The notes below the pieces were generated by a model. It was not told the DNA's origin. It saw only the letters and a list, made by a program, of their open reading frames with translations, and searched no databases. DNA of 64,000 nucleotides from Octopus sinensis. Lineage: Eukaryota. How positions within the stretch are numbered: position 1 is the stretch's first letter; every line of letters starts with the position of its first letter. Shown here piece after piece: positions 39,037 through 52,416 of the stretch. The position numbers and the translations under genes were made by a program. Location of the stretch: assembly GCF_006345805.1 (NCBI RefSeq), contig NC_043014.1, forward strand, positions 54,188,001 to 54,252,000, read 5' to 3'.

Positions 39037-39377
39037 TAAAGGGTAAAGACCCCCTTTGGTCATGAATGACCATGGGATTGCACCTAGAAAGTTACCCTCC
39101 TAGACACAAGTCCGGGCAAGTTGTTTATGGAAGACCAGCAGTCGCCCATGCATACCAGCCTCCCCTATCCACGCCACCAGTGTTATCCAAGGGAAAGACA
39201 AAGGTCGATACAGCTTGGCACCAGTGACGTCGCAACTCATTTCTACAGCTGAGTGAACTGGAGCAACGTGAAATAAAGTGCCTTGCTCAAGAACACAACA
39301 TGCAGCCCGGTCCGGGATTCGAGCTCACAACCTCACGATCGTAAGCTCGACGCTCTAACCACTGAGCCATGCGCCTT
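39037..39377 (-). mobile_element. tRNA-derived SINE family E, full length with TSD
   Basis: The minus head ggcgcatggctcagtggttagagcg...gagctcgaatccc has clear A and B boxes, followed by gttcttgagcaaggcac. The 9-bp direct repeat cacttacaa flanks it (39028-39036 and 39378-39386). Diverged relatives lie at about 20398-20610 (+) and 2140-2385 (-). Confidence 0.85.
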
Positions 39378-40863
39378 CACTTACAAGAAACAGGATGTTA
39401 ATAAAAGTCTGTTGGAAATACTATAAATAACTTGAAACGAATTCATCTAATTAATGTATCATTTCTGTGTCATTAGGCTACCATTTAAAAAAATCTCTAT
39501 TTGTGTCCACACATTGGAGACAAAAAAAAATATTATTTTAAGATACTGATGACCATTTTCAATTCTCTCCTCATTTCAAATCTGGTTACATTTTTTAAAT
39601 AAGCCTTAAATTTTTTTTGTATTTTTTTTAATCCAAGAGCCCTTTAGAACTTTTAATACTCAGAGTATCTGTAAATATCCTGGTCTCTGAATAAAATTTT
39701 ATCTGCTACAATTTGCATGTCAGTTTGTCTTGTTTATTTTAAAGTTCACTTTGCCCTGGGTGAAAGGAAACTGCGGAGGTGGATGTTTCTGCGGCCGGAT
39801 GCTCTTCCTGTCACTAAACTTCACAGATAAGGTTTCACAGACACTTTTATACTTTTATCATGTAACATCAAGGTTAAACATTTTGTCTTGCTATGACAAC
39901 TGCACACACACATGCTAAGGATGGGGCTTTTACATGGTTATTTTATCTGCTAGAAATAGCCCCCCAATCTCAACTGATTGTCTAATCCTTTTCATATCTA
40001 CCTGTCTGAGACTGCCACCTGGTCCTATTCTACAAATTTCCTGTTTTAAAGGGATCAAAATTATAACCTTTCACCAAAATTTCTTAATCTGCGTCCCAAT
40101 CACCAACTTATTAATAGCAAAGTGATTTTTATTAAATACTTTATTCTACTCAAAATTAAGCAAAACGAAACACAATTTATGTTAATGACCCCAGAAAGAA
40201 GAAAGGCAAAGTTACCACAGACATTATTTGATCTCAGGACAACCATTGGACAATGTAGTCATAAACAGATTATGCCTAAGGACAAAAAAGAAAAAAAATG
40301 GTATGATCCCAAAAGACAGGTCTTTGAACATGGATCTTTCTAATTACAACTGGCCTGGAGTAGAACACCTACACATTTGTTCTTTTCTACAATTGTCACA
40401 CATAGAACATTCCAGATTATCACAATATAAAAATGTCTATTAGCTCATAATTATTTCTAGCTGCGCAAAAACGAGTCTCTTTTATGTCAACTTAAACATG
40501 GTGACATAACATGGTTACATAACATGTTGAAACTCTATTCATTTCTTGAAGTTATTTTTGACTCCAGTTATATAATCTTGTCTGACAAAATATCACCTTC
40601 ACCCCGTATCAGGTAATATCAAATCGTGTCTGACTGTTGACTCACATTGTCACCTTCTTTGTTCATTTTATGAAGACACTTTAAAACTAAATACAAATAA
40701 GTGCCACACCTCTTACTTATATAACAGCAACACAAATACCTGTTTGAAAGTTTCTATTAAACCACTTGACGAAATATCCAAAGTTTTTCAGGAAACTCAA
40801 GTCATTACAACACAAGAAAGTCAATATAAATCATACTGGAGCAGTGTGTGCGATAACCTCAAG

Positions 40864-41228
40864 ATTATTACGTCCACCTTGGCGAAGGCAGAGGTATTGT
40901 TTTCAGTCGTGTTTGTTTGTCTGTGGACAAGATATCTCAAGAACTGCTGGATGGATTCGGATGAAACTTTCAGAGATGTTTGGCCTTGTGAAGGGCATGA
41001 ACTGATTAGATTTTGGGATCGATCCAGTACCAAACAAGGATTCTGGATTATTTTTCCAGTTTTTTACTTAATTTTTAAGAGCAGTTGAGTTCATTTTCAG
41101 TGTTCTTGTTTGTGAGAGCAGTCAAGTTTATTTCAGATATTCTCATTTTAAAAATCACCTCCAGCTAATTGTTGAGAGGATGTTGGTGTTGCTTTGATGG
41201 AGGTTTGTGCTCTCTGAATGCTCTTGTT
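40864..41228 (+). mobile_element. Helentron/HINE-like non-autonomous element
   Basis: The 5' attacgtccaccttggcgaaggcagagg and 3' gatggaggtttgtgctctctgaatgctcttgtt ends match a layout I recognise from memory. Confidence 0.45.
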
Positions 41229-41579
41229 ATTAAGGTAGCAAGCTGGCAGAATCGTTAGCATGCTGGACAAAATGCTTAGTGGCATTTCGTCTGTCTTTGT
41301 ATTCTGAGTTCAAATTCCACTGAGGTCAACTTTGCCTTTCATCCTTTCAAGGTTGATAAATTAAATACCAGTTATACACTGGGGTCGATGTAATCAACTA
41401 GTTCCCTCCCTCTAAATTTCAGGCCTTGTGTTTTCAGCAGAAAAAATTATTAATGCAGCAAAATGACAGAATTGTTACCATGTGGGACAAAATGCTGAGT
41501 GATATTCTCGCGCTCTCTGTTCCCCAACCTTGCTGAGACTGATTCTTTCACATCAGTGGATTCTTCAAATGTAGGAATT

Positions 41580-42170
41580 ATCATGTCAACATGTAATGTC
41601 TGTTCTCCACGCTGGCATTGGTTGGCTTGACAGGAACTGGCAAGGCTGGAGACCCCCACCTGGTTCCATATTGTGTTTTGGTTTGGTTTCTAGAGCTGGG
41701 TGCTTTTTACGTGGCACCAGCACCAATGTTTTTTTTTTTACATGGCCCCTTGGTATTAGGATCTCAATTGTTGAGGTGAGCAGGTTTTCTCGAGTACGAC
41801 CATATATCTAGGTCCTCTGTCATCTCCTTTGTAAGGATCAGTGTTTTATGTTAATAACTCTTCCTAATTAGGCAAAAGGCCAACAATTTTGAGGGGAGAG
41901 GGACAAGTTAATTACATTGACTCCAGTATTCTATCAATCTCAATTTGTTCGACCATGTCTCGTCACAACATCAAGGGCCTACATTCTTTAGCTTAGTTAT
42001 GTCATCCCTAATATTCTTTGATCTCCCTGAAACTCTTGTACTTTCCATGGCAATTTTAATCCACTTCTTCCTCTCCTGTCCATTCTCATTATTGTCCAGA
42101 TGTTGGCATCAAGTCAGCTCTGTAACAATGATATCTTGTTCTTTCTTCAGTTCAGTTCTATCAGCTTAAA
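41580..42170 (-). mobile_element. Decayed RTE 3' region interrupted by a SINE fragment
   Basis: The 3' UTR motifs (ctgggtgctttttacgtggcacc) are followed by degenerate ORF2-like sequence. Confidence 0.5.
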
Positions 42171-44828
42171 ATCCTTTTATTACCATATTTCAATTTAAAA
42201 ACACCATTTACACAATTCTAATCAATTTTTAAAATAATCAAGAATTTGAAAACATTGAGTGAAAAAAAAAAAGCATTTTCATTATTAAGCTGATGTTTGG
42301 AATATAATTTACTTAAAAGGTTTTTGATAAAATCTGAAAGATCTAAATTAAATTTTGAACATTTCAAAAGTGCATCTTGCAGTAATAAATTATTAAAAAG
42401 CACAGAAAACATTTTAAAATAATAAGAAAATACAAGTTTGTAAGTTTTTCATCATTTTATTTACTTTTATGGAAAAATATAACTTTTTATATACCAAAAG
42501 AAGCAGGTTTCTTTTTTTACAAAAAATATTACCTCACCACTCTTCACATTTTAAATCATATTTTTTCAATTAAGAAATTATTGTTTCATCTGTATTCATT
42601 TAGTCTGGCTGCTTAAAACACAAGCTATTTCATATTTAGTTGTTTATGTTAAAATTGTAAAATTTATCAAAGACTATCTTTGTAGAATATAAACGACCAA
42701 GTTTGAGATGTCTGAAGAAGGCTCTTCATTCATTCAACCAAACAACTATTTAAAGAAATATTACTGGAGTGAAGAAGTCACTAACAGTGCAACGTGTGTC
42801 TTTAAATGGTGAAAGAAAGGGGTGGGGAGACTATTCAGAAGCAACAATATCGGTTTTAACAGATTCTCAGAAATCTTACCAAAGAAACAAATCTTCAGAA
42901 AAAAAAAAATCCACAAATACCAAAGTCAATAATGCTTTCTCTGCAATGAAGACATTGCTTTTAGTGCCAATACAATTGGAACTGAATGAAAGTGTGTGTA
43001 ATCTTGAAGAAGAGGAAGACAGAAGGGTGTATGGTAGACGGTCTGAGAATGGTCATGGATATAAACCAATTATTGTTTGAATTTTGTTTTACTAAAACTG
43101 GAATAGAAATTTTTACAATTCAACTGAAAAGAAATTCAAAAAATAGATTGAAGGAAAAATTTGGTATTCAGTTAATTTAAGAATTTAGATACTAATGTCT
43201 TTATTTATATATATATATATATATAATCAAAATAAGTAACAAGGATATCCAAGGTAGAGTGGTACAATTGTTTCATGCTACTTCATGTACTACTCTACCT
43301 TGGATATCCTTGTTACTTATTTTGATTATAATCACCCCATTTGATTTATATGGATAATACCATACAAAATTCTGGTGCCTTGACTTAAGTACCATATTCA
43401 TCTGAATATATATATATATATGTTTGTTTGTTTGTAAAGGAAAAACCTTATTACCATAAGCACACTCAGAGATAACCAAACTATAGCACTATGGAATGGC
43501 ACCAAAGACAGAAATATAGCTTCTCCATTATGTTTCTAACAATCTGACAAGCAAACGGATTTTGTTCAAGGGTTAAAGGAATAGAAGCAACCTAGCTTTT
43601 GTTCTTGTAAGCAGACTGACAAGAAAGCCGAAACATTTCTGGAGAACTGACGTTTACTGACCAAAGATCAGATTAAATTAACATTAGTCTTTCTGCTAAT
43701 GATATCTCTCGCTTAATCGTATGCATAATTTGCATTTTAATCAAGATTTTGGAGGCTTTGCTGCTTGTCATGTCCTGCTCATATTTGATCTTACTTAGGG
43801 GGTCGTCTCTGTCGAGACCAGATTTAAGTATTGAGTCCCCCCCCCCTCACTGCAGGGGATGGGGAAGTCCCAAACAAAATGTTGCTTACTACAATCAAGC
43901 TTCTTAGTATCAACAAAAGCTTAGAGGTTTTGCTACAAAGTTAAAACTATCTTCAAGCTTTTGCTCTGAGCAATGTTTTCAAGGAATGCAAGATGTTGGA
44001 AATTGGACATGTTCACTAAAGCATCCACTCATGCATGCACAGCAGCACAATTCTTAGAAATTCATCAACAAAAAGCAATGTTCAAACTCAATTCCGTACA
44101 GGGAATGTTGTAATAATAACAATAACAATATTTAACACCCATTTTCAGTCCCGTTTGTTGACATGGTGATTTAAACAAGAAAGCATTGCTGAGTCATAAA
44201 AAGGCATTGATATAATTTACACAGTTGGCTGGCTACATTGTACTAACACACATTAGCTTAGTTGTTAGGTCAAGCTAACCATGACCAACCAGACAGGTTT
44301 TATGCAAACAAAAGTCAGCCACAAATTCAACAAACCCAGCAAAACACCTTCAAATACAAAACGTTCCACACAAAATGTCTTGTCTTCACTCAACAATAAA
44401 CATTTCTACAGAGAGGAAAGTGAGAGTTAATAGAACCAGCTCTCCCCAGTATGCAACTGGTACTTTATTTTATAGGCTTTGCAAGAATGGCAAACAAATG
44501 TCAACTCCATAAATATTCAAACTTCATTTTTTTTTCTATTTTTATTTAAATGTCTGACGAGGAAAAGTAGCCCCAATGATTTTTTTTTTACAAGTGAGGT
44601 GTGGAAATCATTGTCAGATTTGGCCTGTACGCTTGTGACCGAGGAGGACACTGCTAAAGGCATGCAAAGGGCCAAATGGAGAAGTTCAAGCAGGAGATGG
44701 ACTGAGTAAATAACAGTGTGAAACTAAATACTGCAAAGCATTTAGTCTGGCGCTGGGCTGTTTCTGTAGACTCAATCATTTTAGAATATCAAATGTAATA
44801 GCAACGATGAAGGAGAGCTTGATATTAA

Positions 44829-45170
44829 GTAACAAGATTCAGCTTGTAACAGACCATAGCATGTTTCCCCTTGTAACAAGGGACATCCTCTAACAGAAAA
44901 TAAAGAGATTCACCATGTAACACATTGTGACACATTGTAACAAGATTCACTCTAAATGGAACCAGATTCACCCTGTGGAAGGTACAGATATATTCACCAC
45001 GTGTAACACATTGTAACAAAATTCACCTTGAAACAGATTGTAACAAGACTTCATCCTATATAATACATTGTAACAAACCTTAAAAACATTCATTTTGTAA
45101 CAGACTGTAACAGAATTCCCTTTGTATCACACTGTAACAAGATTCACTTTATAACAAATATATGTAACTT
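44829..45170. repeat. Degenerate minisatellite built on (cat)tgtaaca(agattcac)
   Basis: More than 10 tgtaaca-type cores at irregular spacing. Confidence 0.7.
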
Positions 45171-45564
45171 GTATCCAGAAGTATAAGAGCCATTGAATAG
45201 ATTTCTCAAAATAGCAGCCAAATCTCCCTCAAATTATACCAAAACCATCCTACAAAAACAACAAAGAAACAAAAATAGTCCAAGACGTTTAATGCTAGAT
45301 AAAAAGTAAAGGATGGTCATGGTTGGAATGACTGACCATGTGTCTGTTTAGTTAGATCTGGCCTGGGGTTAAATGACAATAGATACAACAAAAATATTCA
45401 CCACCACCTCCACCGGTACAGGACAATTCTAGTCACAAGCCAATGATGGAGCCTCTATGTGGTCACTTGACCAGCTAGAAATAGAAGTTAAAATCTATCA
45501 AAATCAGATTCATAGAAAAATATCAGTAATGAAGCTAAGTGCAATTAAACTTAAATGCCTTGCC

Positions 45565-45626
<62 letters not shown>

Positions 45627-46008
45627 GGGTGGAAGAAAACCCAAAATATAATTGTCCAAATATAGAAAAATTACGAAATCTCTTTTTCTTTGAAAAGTTA
45701 ATCTAGGATTAGAAACACGCAACTAGATACAGTGAAGATTAACGTTGCTTCCGTCAACTCTGCAATAAACCCAGCATCCCACTTCAAACCCCCACAAAAG
45801 AATTTGCCTCACCAGGTTCAAATAGAAGGAACACAAACAAGGCTTCACCTACCTCCACAATTATACAAACATTCACACACACAAACAGACACAGAGACAG
45901 ACAGAGAGAGAAAAACAGAGGCTGGACTTGTTTAACAAAACTTTGAAAGCAAATTTACAAACCATAAAACAAAGTTTATTCCAAAAGCAAAGGTGACTCA
46001 AATATGCA

Positions 46009-46048
<40 letters not shown>

Positions 46049-46205
46049 TAATGCAGAAACTGGGGAATAAATACACAATATGTGTACTCAGAGTTTATTT
46101 ATTCATACGAAGTTGATAATTCACATTGTTGCTATTCAGAGTTTCTTGTGCTACGTGTGAAACGAATAGCAACAAAGTGAGATATCATTTATATATATAT
46201 GTATA

Positions 46206-46259
<54 letters not shown>

Positions 46260-46435
46260 TATATATATATGTGAGAGAAAGAGAGAGACAGGGAGAAGAA
46301 TATAGGCAAGATAATTCGTCAATAAATGGTTAGAAGGATGACATCAACAAGAATATTAACAACAATATTTACATACCTTAAACTTCCTCATAACAAAAAT
46401 AAACTTGTGTACATGTGTGTGTGCATGTATATATG

Positions 46436-46485
<50 letters not shown>

Positions 46486-46543
46486 GGAAGCTAATTGAGT
46501 AAGTACCACAAATTTGTTCGTCTTTTCTGGTTGCTTCAGATTA

Positions 46544-46997
46544 TCAATTCATGTTATGAGTTGTCGGCAGAGCGTATATCGGTGCTTTTATGATGATCGG
46601 TTGGTGCGAGTGGAGCCATGTGACTGTGATGAACTTACAGAGAAGCATCAGAGCCGACAGGACCAGCAGAACACACGTCAAGATGGAATTCCTTGGATGG
46701 AGAGACAGGTCAAAGTGCTGCACCATTATTCCGGTGAAGGCTACGATCAGCACAACGTACGGTGAGAATGTATAGCGGACATATTTGTCAAGAATTATGC
46801 AATCAAGCATGAACCACAGCAGCATGAAGAGAGCCGCAATTCCAAGTGTAATTGTTCCAGCCATATTTTTATTGATGCCACCACTGTCATTGAGTACAAT
46901 GGCAAAGTTGAGCAGTGTGGCGAAAGTACTCCAAGTTGCGTAGAAAGACAATCCATTCTGGACCAGGATACGCATCAACCAGACATCAGTGCCAAGA
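46544..46997 (-). CDS. G4 coding exon 3 (terminal)
   Basis: ttctag|T CTT GGC is a phase-2 acceptor that completes Asp. The exon reads LGTDVWLMRILVQNGLSFYATW...KFITVTWLH... to TGA. The joined CDS is 106+373+454=933 nt, or 310 aa. A minus-strand AATAAATAAA lies at 46094-46103. Confidence 0.9.
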
Positions 46998-47354
46998 CTA
47001 GAAAAATGGAGAAAAAGAAAAGAAAGAGAAAAAGAAATGATTAAAACAATTGGAAAAAAAAGAAAACTGATCAATAATAATTTAAAAAAAAAGATTTTTA
47101 AATGCAGTTTCTTTCATTTTCACACAAGACACCATTTGTGAAAAGGATTTAGTTGACCAAATCGACAGACTCCAGCAGATTAGAATTTTGTTGAGAGGGA
47201 TTTGGTTGCTATATCTAGCGGATTGTGGAATCCTGGCCACCTTTGTTGGCTTCAATGTAAGCAAGTGAGAACTCCTGTGAATATAAAGTCTGAAGAATGT
47301 GGAATCCTTCTGGAAATTCAACTGAACTCACAGAACTACTTTTGACATTTTATA

Positions 47355-47703
47355 CATTTATATTCGTTTTAGTCACTGAACTGCAGCCATGCTGGAGCAC
47401 TACCTCGAAGGGTTTAACTGAACAAACCAAATTTTTTTACCTAAAGTTTGGTATTTATTCTATCAGTCTCTTTTGCTGAACTGCTGGGTCATAGAGGTGT
47501 AAACAAACCAACACTGGATTGTCAAGTAATGCAAAAACAAAGACAACCATACACACACACGGATGGGCTTCCACACAATTTCCATCTACCAAATCCATTC
47601 ATAAAGAGGCATTGATCAACCTGAGGATATGAGGAGACACTGGGCCACTGTATAATTGAACCTCAAACCAAATGGTTGTGAAACAAACCTCTTAACCACA
47701 CGG
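47355..47703 (-). mobile_element. Older SINE family A copy
   Basis: Diverged reverse complement of family A. Confidence 0.7.
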
Positions 47704-47949
47704 CCAGGTCTCTGGATTGCCTCTGATGAAATCCAGGACAATTCTTACAGTACGTAATAAAAAATTTCAACTTACAAAGACAAAGGAAAAACAAAAAGGA
47801 CTCCCCCCTCCTCTACATAACCCGCATATACCAGAGGTCAAATGCTAGCAAGGTAGTCTTCACATGGTTATTTGACCTGTTAAAGATAGCTAAATCTCCC
47901 CCAAAAGTACAAATTACTCTCAAACGGGGAAAATACTCTTAATAATCTT

Positions 47950-48157
47950 ATCTACTCTAGGCACAAGGCTCGAAATTTTGGGGGAAGGGGAAAATCGATT
48001 AGATCGACTCCAGTACGCAACTGGTACTTAATTTATCGACCCCCAAAAGGATGAAAGGCAAAGTTGACCTCGGCGGAATTTGAACTCAGATTGTAAAGAC
48101 AGACGAAATACCACTAAGCATTTCGCCCGGCGCGCTAACGTGTCAGCCAGTTCTGCC
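47950..48157 (-). mobile_element. SINE family B
   Basis: Reverse complement of 31829-32050. Other copies lie near 2905-3112, 11975-12185, 13253-13350, 25405-25730, 41232-41448, 61748-61950 and 62240-62690. Confidence 0.8.
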
Positions 48158-49885
48158 GTCACTATGTCAGAAAATATGATGAAATGGTCACATCTGGAAT
48201 GCCTTTGGTTCTTTGGTCATAAGATATGTTGTTGCATTGCTTATGATGATGATGATGGACAAAGATTTATGTAGGTGAGAGGAAATGAAAATACAAACAA
48301 AAACAAGAAAAAGGGAAAATATTTATGTGGCCTTATTTTAAACTAAATATAAATCAGTACCACACCTCTTTCTCAGTTGATGAGGGATGAGGTGGTGGTG
48401 GTGGTGGTGGTAGTAGTAAGGAAATGGACTGTATCTGTCTATCATCTATCTATGAAAACACCTGATCAAACAACCACACTTTGCCAAAATCTTCACAACC
48501 ACAGAAACACAGAAAAATGAATGCGAAAATAGTTTTTTTTTTGTTTTGTTTTCTTCTGAAAAGTCTGAAGACTTTTGCATTACTGAATAAAAAAACAAAA
48601 TGGAATATACTTCATAAAACTATTTTCCAGCTGATTAACCTCATTCCTAGAAATAAAACATTAATCTATGCTCAAGCTATCATTTCTAAACTAAAAGATA
48701 AAAAAATGTTCTTATCCTCTGGGCCAGCAAATACCAAACTCAATTTCGTCAGGGAACCATCAAGCAGATTGGCAAGTCTCTTCTAAAATGGGAATAGGCA
48801 CAGAGCCCCTCTACAGCAAGAAACCGGTTCTGCTTAGGTCCAGTCTTTCATACTCTAACCCTCGTCTCCGAGCATAAAGTTACCCCCACCACCTTACTGG
48901 CACTTTGGGTGCCATTAGTGTTGCAAGCCCCCAGAGTAGGCCACTGGCTTCAGAATCCCTTTATCCTTCCTGCCCTCTTGTCAGTTTTGAAGGATTAAGG
49001 GCATTGCCTTCCCTCCAGTCTTGAAAAAAAATTTTTTTAATCACAGAACCCATATCTTCAGATAACATCTGCATCCCTAATTCAAATTAGACATTAATTG
49101 AAAAACCATTTCAGACTGAGAGAGAAAGAGAGAGAGAGTGCATGTGTATACACACTCGCACCCATAACAGCATTATTTTAAAATGGTGAATCCCTTCCTT
49201 TGGTCAATTTTACGTCCCTTTTTCCATGCTGGCATGGGTTAGATGAATTATATTATTGATGCATTGTTTTTCTTCCGGATGCTCTTGTCGCTAATCCTTC
49301 AAGTAAGGGATCACTCATTTCACACATCTTCAAAGGTTAACAAGAGAAATGATAAGATCACTGCTTGGGGCTTGGGATATAACCCTTTTGATAACACACC
49401 ACCTGAGACCATTTCTCTCTTCAAATGATTTGAATTAAAACTTCCCATCAAAATTCCACATTAATTTATGTTCCAAACACTAATAATAACAAAGTTGTTT
49501 TACATAATTTTTCATTAATTAAAAAAAAAAGGTAGTTTCAATATAAATCTAGTAACAAAAGGTTCGGGATGAGGCATAAATGCTCAACACCCAGATGCAC
49601 ACATCATGCTTCTTTCAGTTTCCTTCTACCAAATCCACTCACAAGGCATTGCTTGGCCTGGAGCAGTAAGACAAGACACTTGCCCGAATTCAATGAGAGA
49701 ATTGAACTTAAAACCATTTGGTTGGGAATTAGGCTTTTTAACTACACAGGTACGTTTGTACCTATAATATTTCTGAAATAAATTTTCATTTCATTAAAAT
49801 CCCCTTCACCTGACTCACCTCACAGAAACCCCAAAAGAGCTTCATCAAATACTTGTCTAAGCTATTAACTCAGGCACATTTAGTA

Positions 49886-50084
49886 TACTCTTTTACTTGT
49901 TTCAGTCATTTGACTGCGGCCATGCTGGAGCACCGCCTTTAGTCGAGCATATCGACCCCGGGACTTATTCTTTGTAAGCCCAGTACTTATTCTATCGGTC
50001 TCTTTTGCCGAACCGCTAAGTGACGGGGACGTAAACACACCAGCATCGGTTGTCAAGCAATGCTAGGGGGACAAACATACATGC

Positions 50085-50117
<33 letters not shown>

Positions 50118-50270
50118 CGACAGGCTTCTTTCAGTTTCCGTCTACCAAATCCACTCACAAGGCATTGGTCAGCCCGGGGCTATAGCAGAAGACACTTGCC
50201 CAAGATGCCATGCAGTGGGACTGAACCCGGAACCATGTGGTTGGTTAGCAAGCTACTTACCACACAGCCA
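49886..50270 (-). mobile_element. SINE family A (G4 intron 2)
   Basis: Reverse complement of family A. Confidence 0.9.
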
Positions 50271-50304
50271 ACTTTTTTCATTTCTAACAAGGTTAAGAGT
50301 TTAA

Positions 50305-50464
50305 TCTTTTAGCATTCAGAAAATCCTGTCAAATATAATCCTTATCTGTTCACATTGTTTTGAGATGCAACTGTTTATTTGTAGAATGACATTGTAGGGT
50401 AGGTGTGAGAGGCTGAAACAGGGAGAATATTTGGGCCGAGGTGGCCAGCTTAAGCACTAAAGGA
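50305..50464. mobile_element. piggyBac-type MITE, family G, internally deleted (G4 intron 2)
   Basis: TTAA flanks both ends and the body is homologous to 56349-56567. Confidence 0.7.
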
Positions 50465-50504
50465 TTAAACAAATACAATCTGTAACATTAAAAGATATAC
50501 TCAC

Positions 50505-50877
50505 TCTTCTTTGTAAAGTAAGTTGAGGAACTTGTAAAGGTTTTTGAAGGAACAATAAAGGGATAGATAGAGGGAGATTACAGAAGCGGCAAGCATGGCA
50601 AGGGCCACTTGTATCATCTCATGAATCCAAACAAAAGTCCAGGCAATTGTGAATATGTTGTTGACAGCGAAAGCAACATAGAAGGTTGTTGACAGGATTG
50701 GTGGGAAGACATAGAGGTAGTGGTGGGAACGTCTCCGACAGATCAAAGACATTCCGTAGAGCAGCCATACGACTTGCCACAGGTAGATTATGGACCAAAT
50801 GAAGAAAGTCTGAGAGGCAGGAGTGATGCTGGAGGAATATTTTCTTGACACATCTGCAATTGTTTGATTAAAAAGTC
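50505..50877 (-). CDS. G4 coding exon 2
   Basis: tttcag|GA CTT TTT is a phase-1 acceptor. The exon reads GLFNQTIADVSRKY...TPASQTFFIWSIIYLW... and ends GA|GTGAGT (phase-2 donor). It is homologous to the first half of G1-G3. Confidence 0.9.
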
Positions 50878-50908
50878 CTGAAAACATAAAACATAAAAAT
50901 AAATATAA

Positions 50909-50964
<56 letters not shown>

Positions 50965-51131
50965 GCACCAGTGACTGAAAAAGACAGGAATAAAAAGGAA
51001 AACAGTAAACAATATTACTTAACATTTACAAGGAATCAAGATTTGAACAGAACCAACCATCTTAGTTCACAGGAAGTGAACAGCTGTAGAGAAATGGCAC
51101 CAAGCTGAGTATACCTGAGAGGTTATTGGTT

Positions 51132-52045
51132 CAAATTTTGGTACAAGACTGGCAATTTTGGAAGGACGGGGTTAGTCAATTACAGAAACGTTAGCACGAG
51201 CTGGCAGAAACGTTAGCACGCCCGGCGAAATGCGTAGCCATATTTCATCTGCCGCTACGTTCTGAGTTCAAATTCTGCCGAGGTTGACTTTGCCTTTCAT
51301 CCTTTCGGGGTTGATAAATTAAGCACCAGTTACGCACTGGGGTCGATATAATAGACTTAATCCGTTTTCTGTCCTTGTTTGTCCCTTCGGTGTTTAGCCC
51401 CTGGGGGGTAGAAAAGAAATAGATTACATCGACCCCAGTGTTTCATTTGTCCTCCTTATTTTGTCAATCCTGAAAGGATGAAAGGCAAAGCTGACCTTGG
51501 TGGGATTTGAACTCAAAATGTAAAGGACCAGAAGAAATGCTGTCAAGCATTTTGTCCCACGCACCGATTCTGCCTGCTCACTGCCTTCCTTTAATAATCT
51601 TTTTTATAGGCAAGAAAGCCTTGAATTTGGTGGGGTGGGAGACGGATGGTCAATTACACTGACCCCAGGGTGGGCTCAACTGCTATGTGTTTTATCAAAG
51701 GATGAAAGGCAAAAATCGACCTCAGCAGAATTTGAACTCAGAACATAAAGCTAGAAGAAATGGTGCCAAGCATTTGGCCTGGCATTCTCACCATTCTGCC
51801 AGCCCAACGCCTTCCTTTACTAATAATAATGGTTTCAGATTTTGGTACAGGACTAGCAAATTTGGCAGTAAGGGAGGGGGGACTAGTCCATGAGATTGAC
51901 CCCAGTACTCAACTGGTACCTATTTTACTGACTCTGAAAGGATGAAAGGCAAAGTCAACCTCAACAGAATTTGAACTCAGAATGTCTAAAAACGCATGTA
52001 ATGCCACATTTTTCTATGCTAATGATTCTGCCAGATTCCCTCCGT
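51132..52045. mobile_element. Cluster of four SINE family B copies, one nested
   Basis: A plus copy at 51185-51422 sits inside a minus copy at 51132-51590. Two further minus copies lie at about 51615-51800 and 51838-52045. Confidence 0.8.
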
Positions 52046-52375
52046 CTTTTAATAATAATTCCTTTTATTTGCCAGAGGGGTATCAACTAAGAAGACAGTT
52101 TACAGATCTGTGTGGTGGGATTTAAAGGAAGGAAAAAGGAGATGAAATAAAAAGGATACATTGTGCACAAAACAAACTCTTTTTTTTTTTAAATACAGCT
52201 GTTTTCTTAACAAAAAAGTTAATTTATGAATACTTGATAGGATCTTTTGTGCAGACAGCAGCAGCAGCAAGTAGGAACTGCTTTTCTTAAGGCATCAAAA
52301 CCAGGAAATGAGAGAATTAGCAGAGGACTTAGGAGAAATAACAAGGGAATCGAGAAGGAAATGGTTCTCAGTTAC

Positions 52376-52416
<41 letters not shown>

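Noticed and set aside
39300-39377. tRNA gene
   Set aside because: It has A and B boxes but no complete cloverleaf. It continues into a SINE body and is flanked by a TSD.
44829-45170. CRISPR-like array
   Set aside because: The repeats are short and degenerate, the spacing is irregular, the context is eukaryotic, and there are no cas genes.
50878-51025. Poly-Leu or poly-Tyr N-terminal extension in the ORF track
   Set aside because: It is the intronic (TAT)n microsatellite upstream of the exon 2 acceptor.
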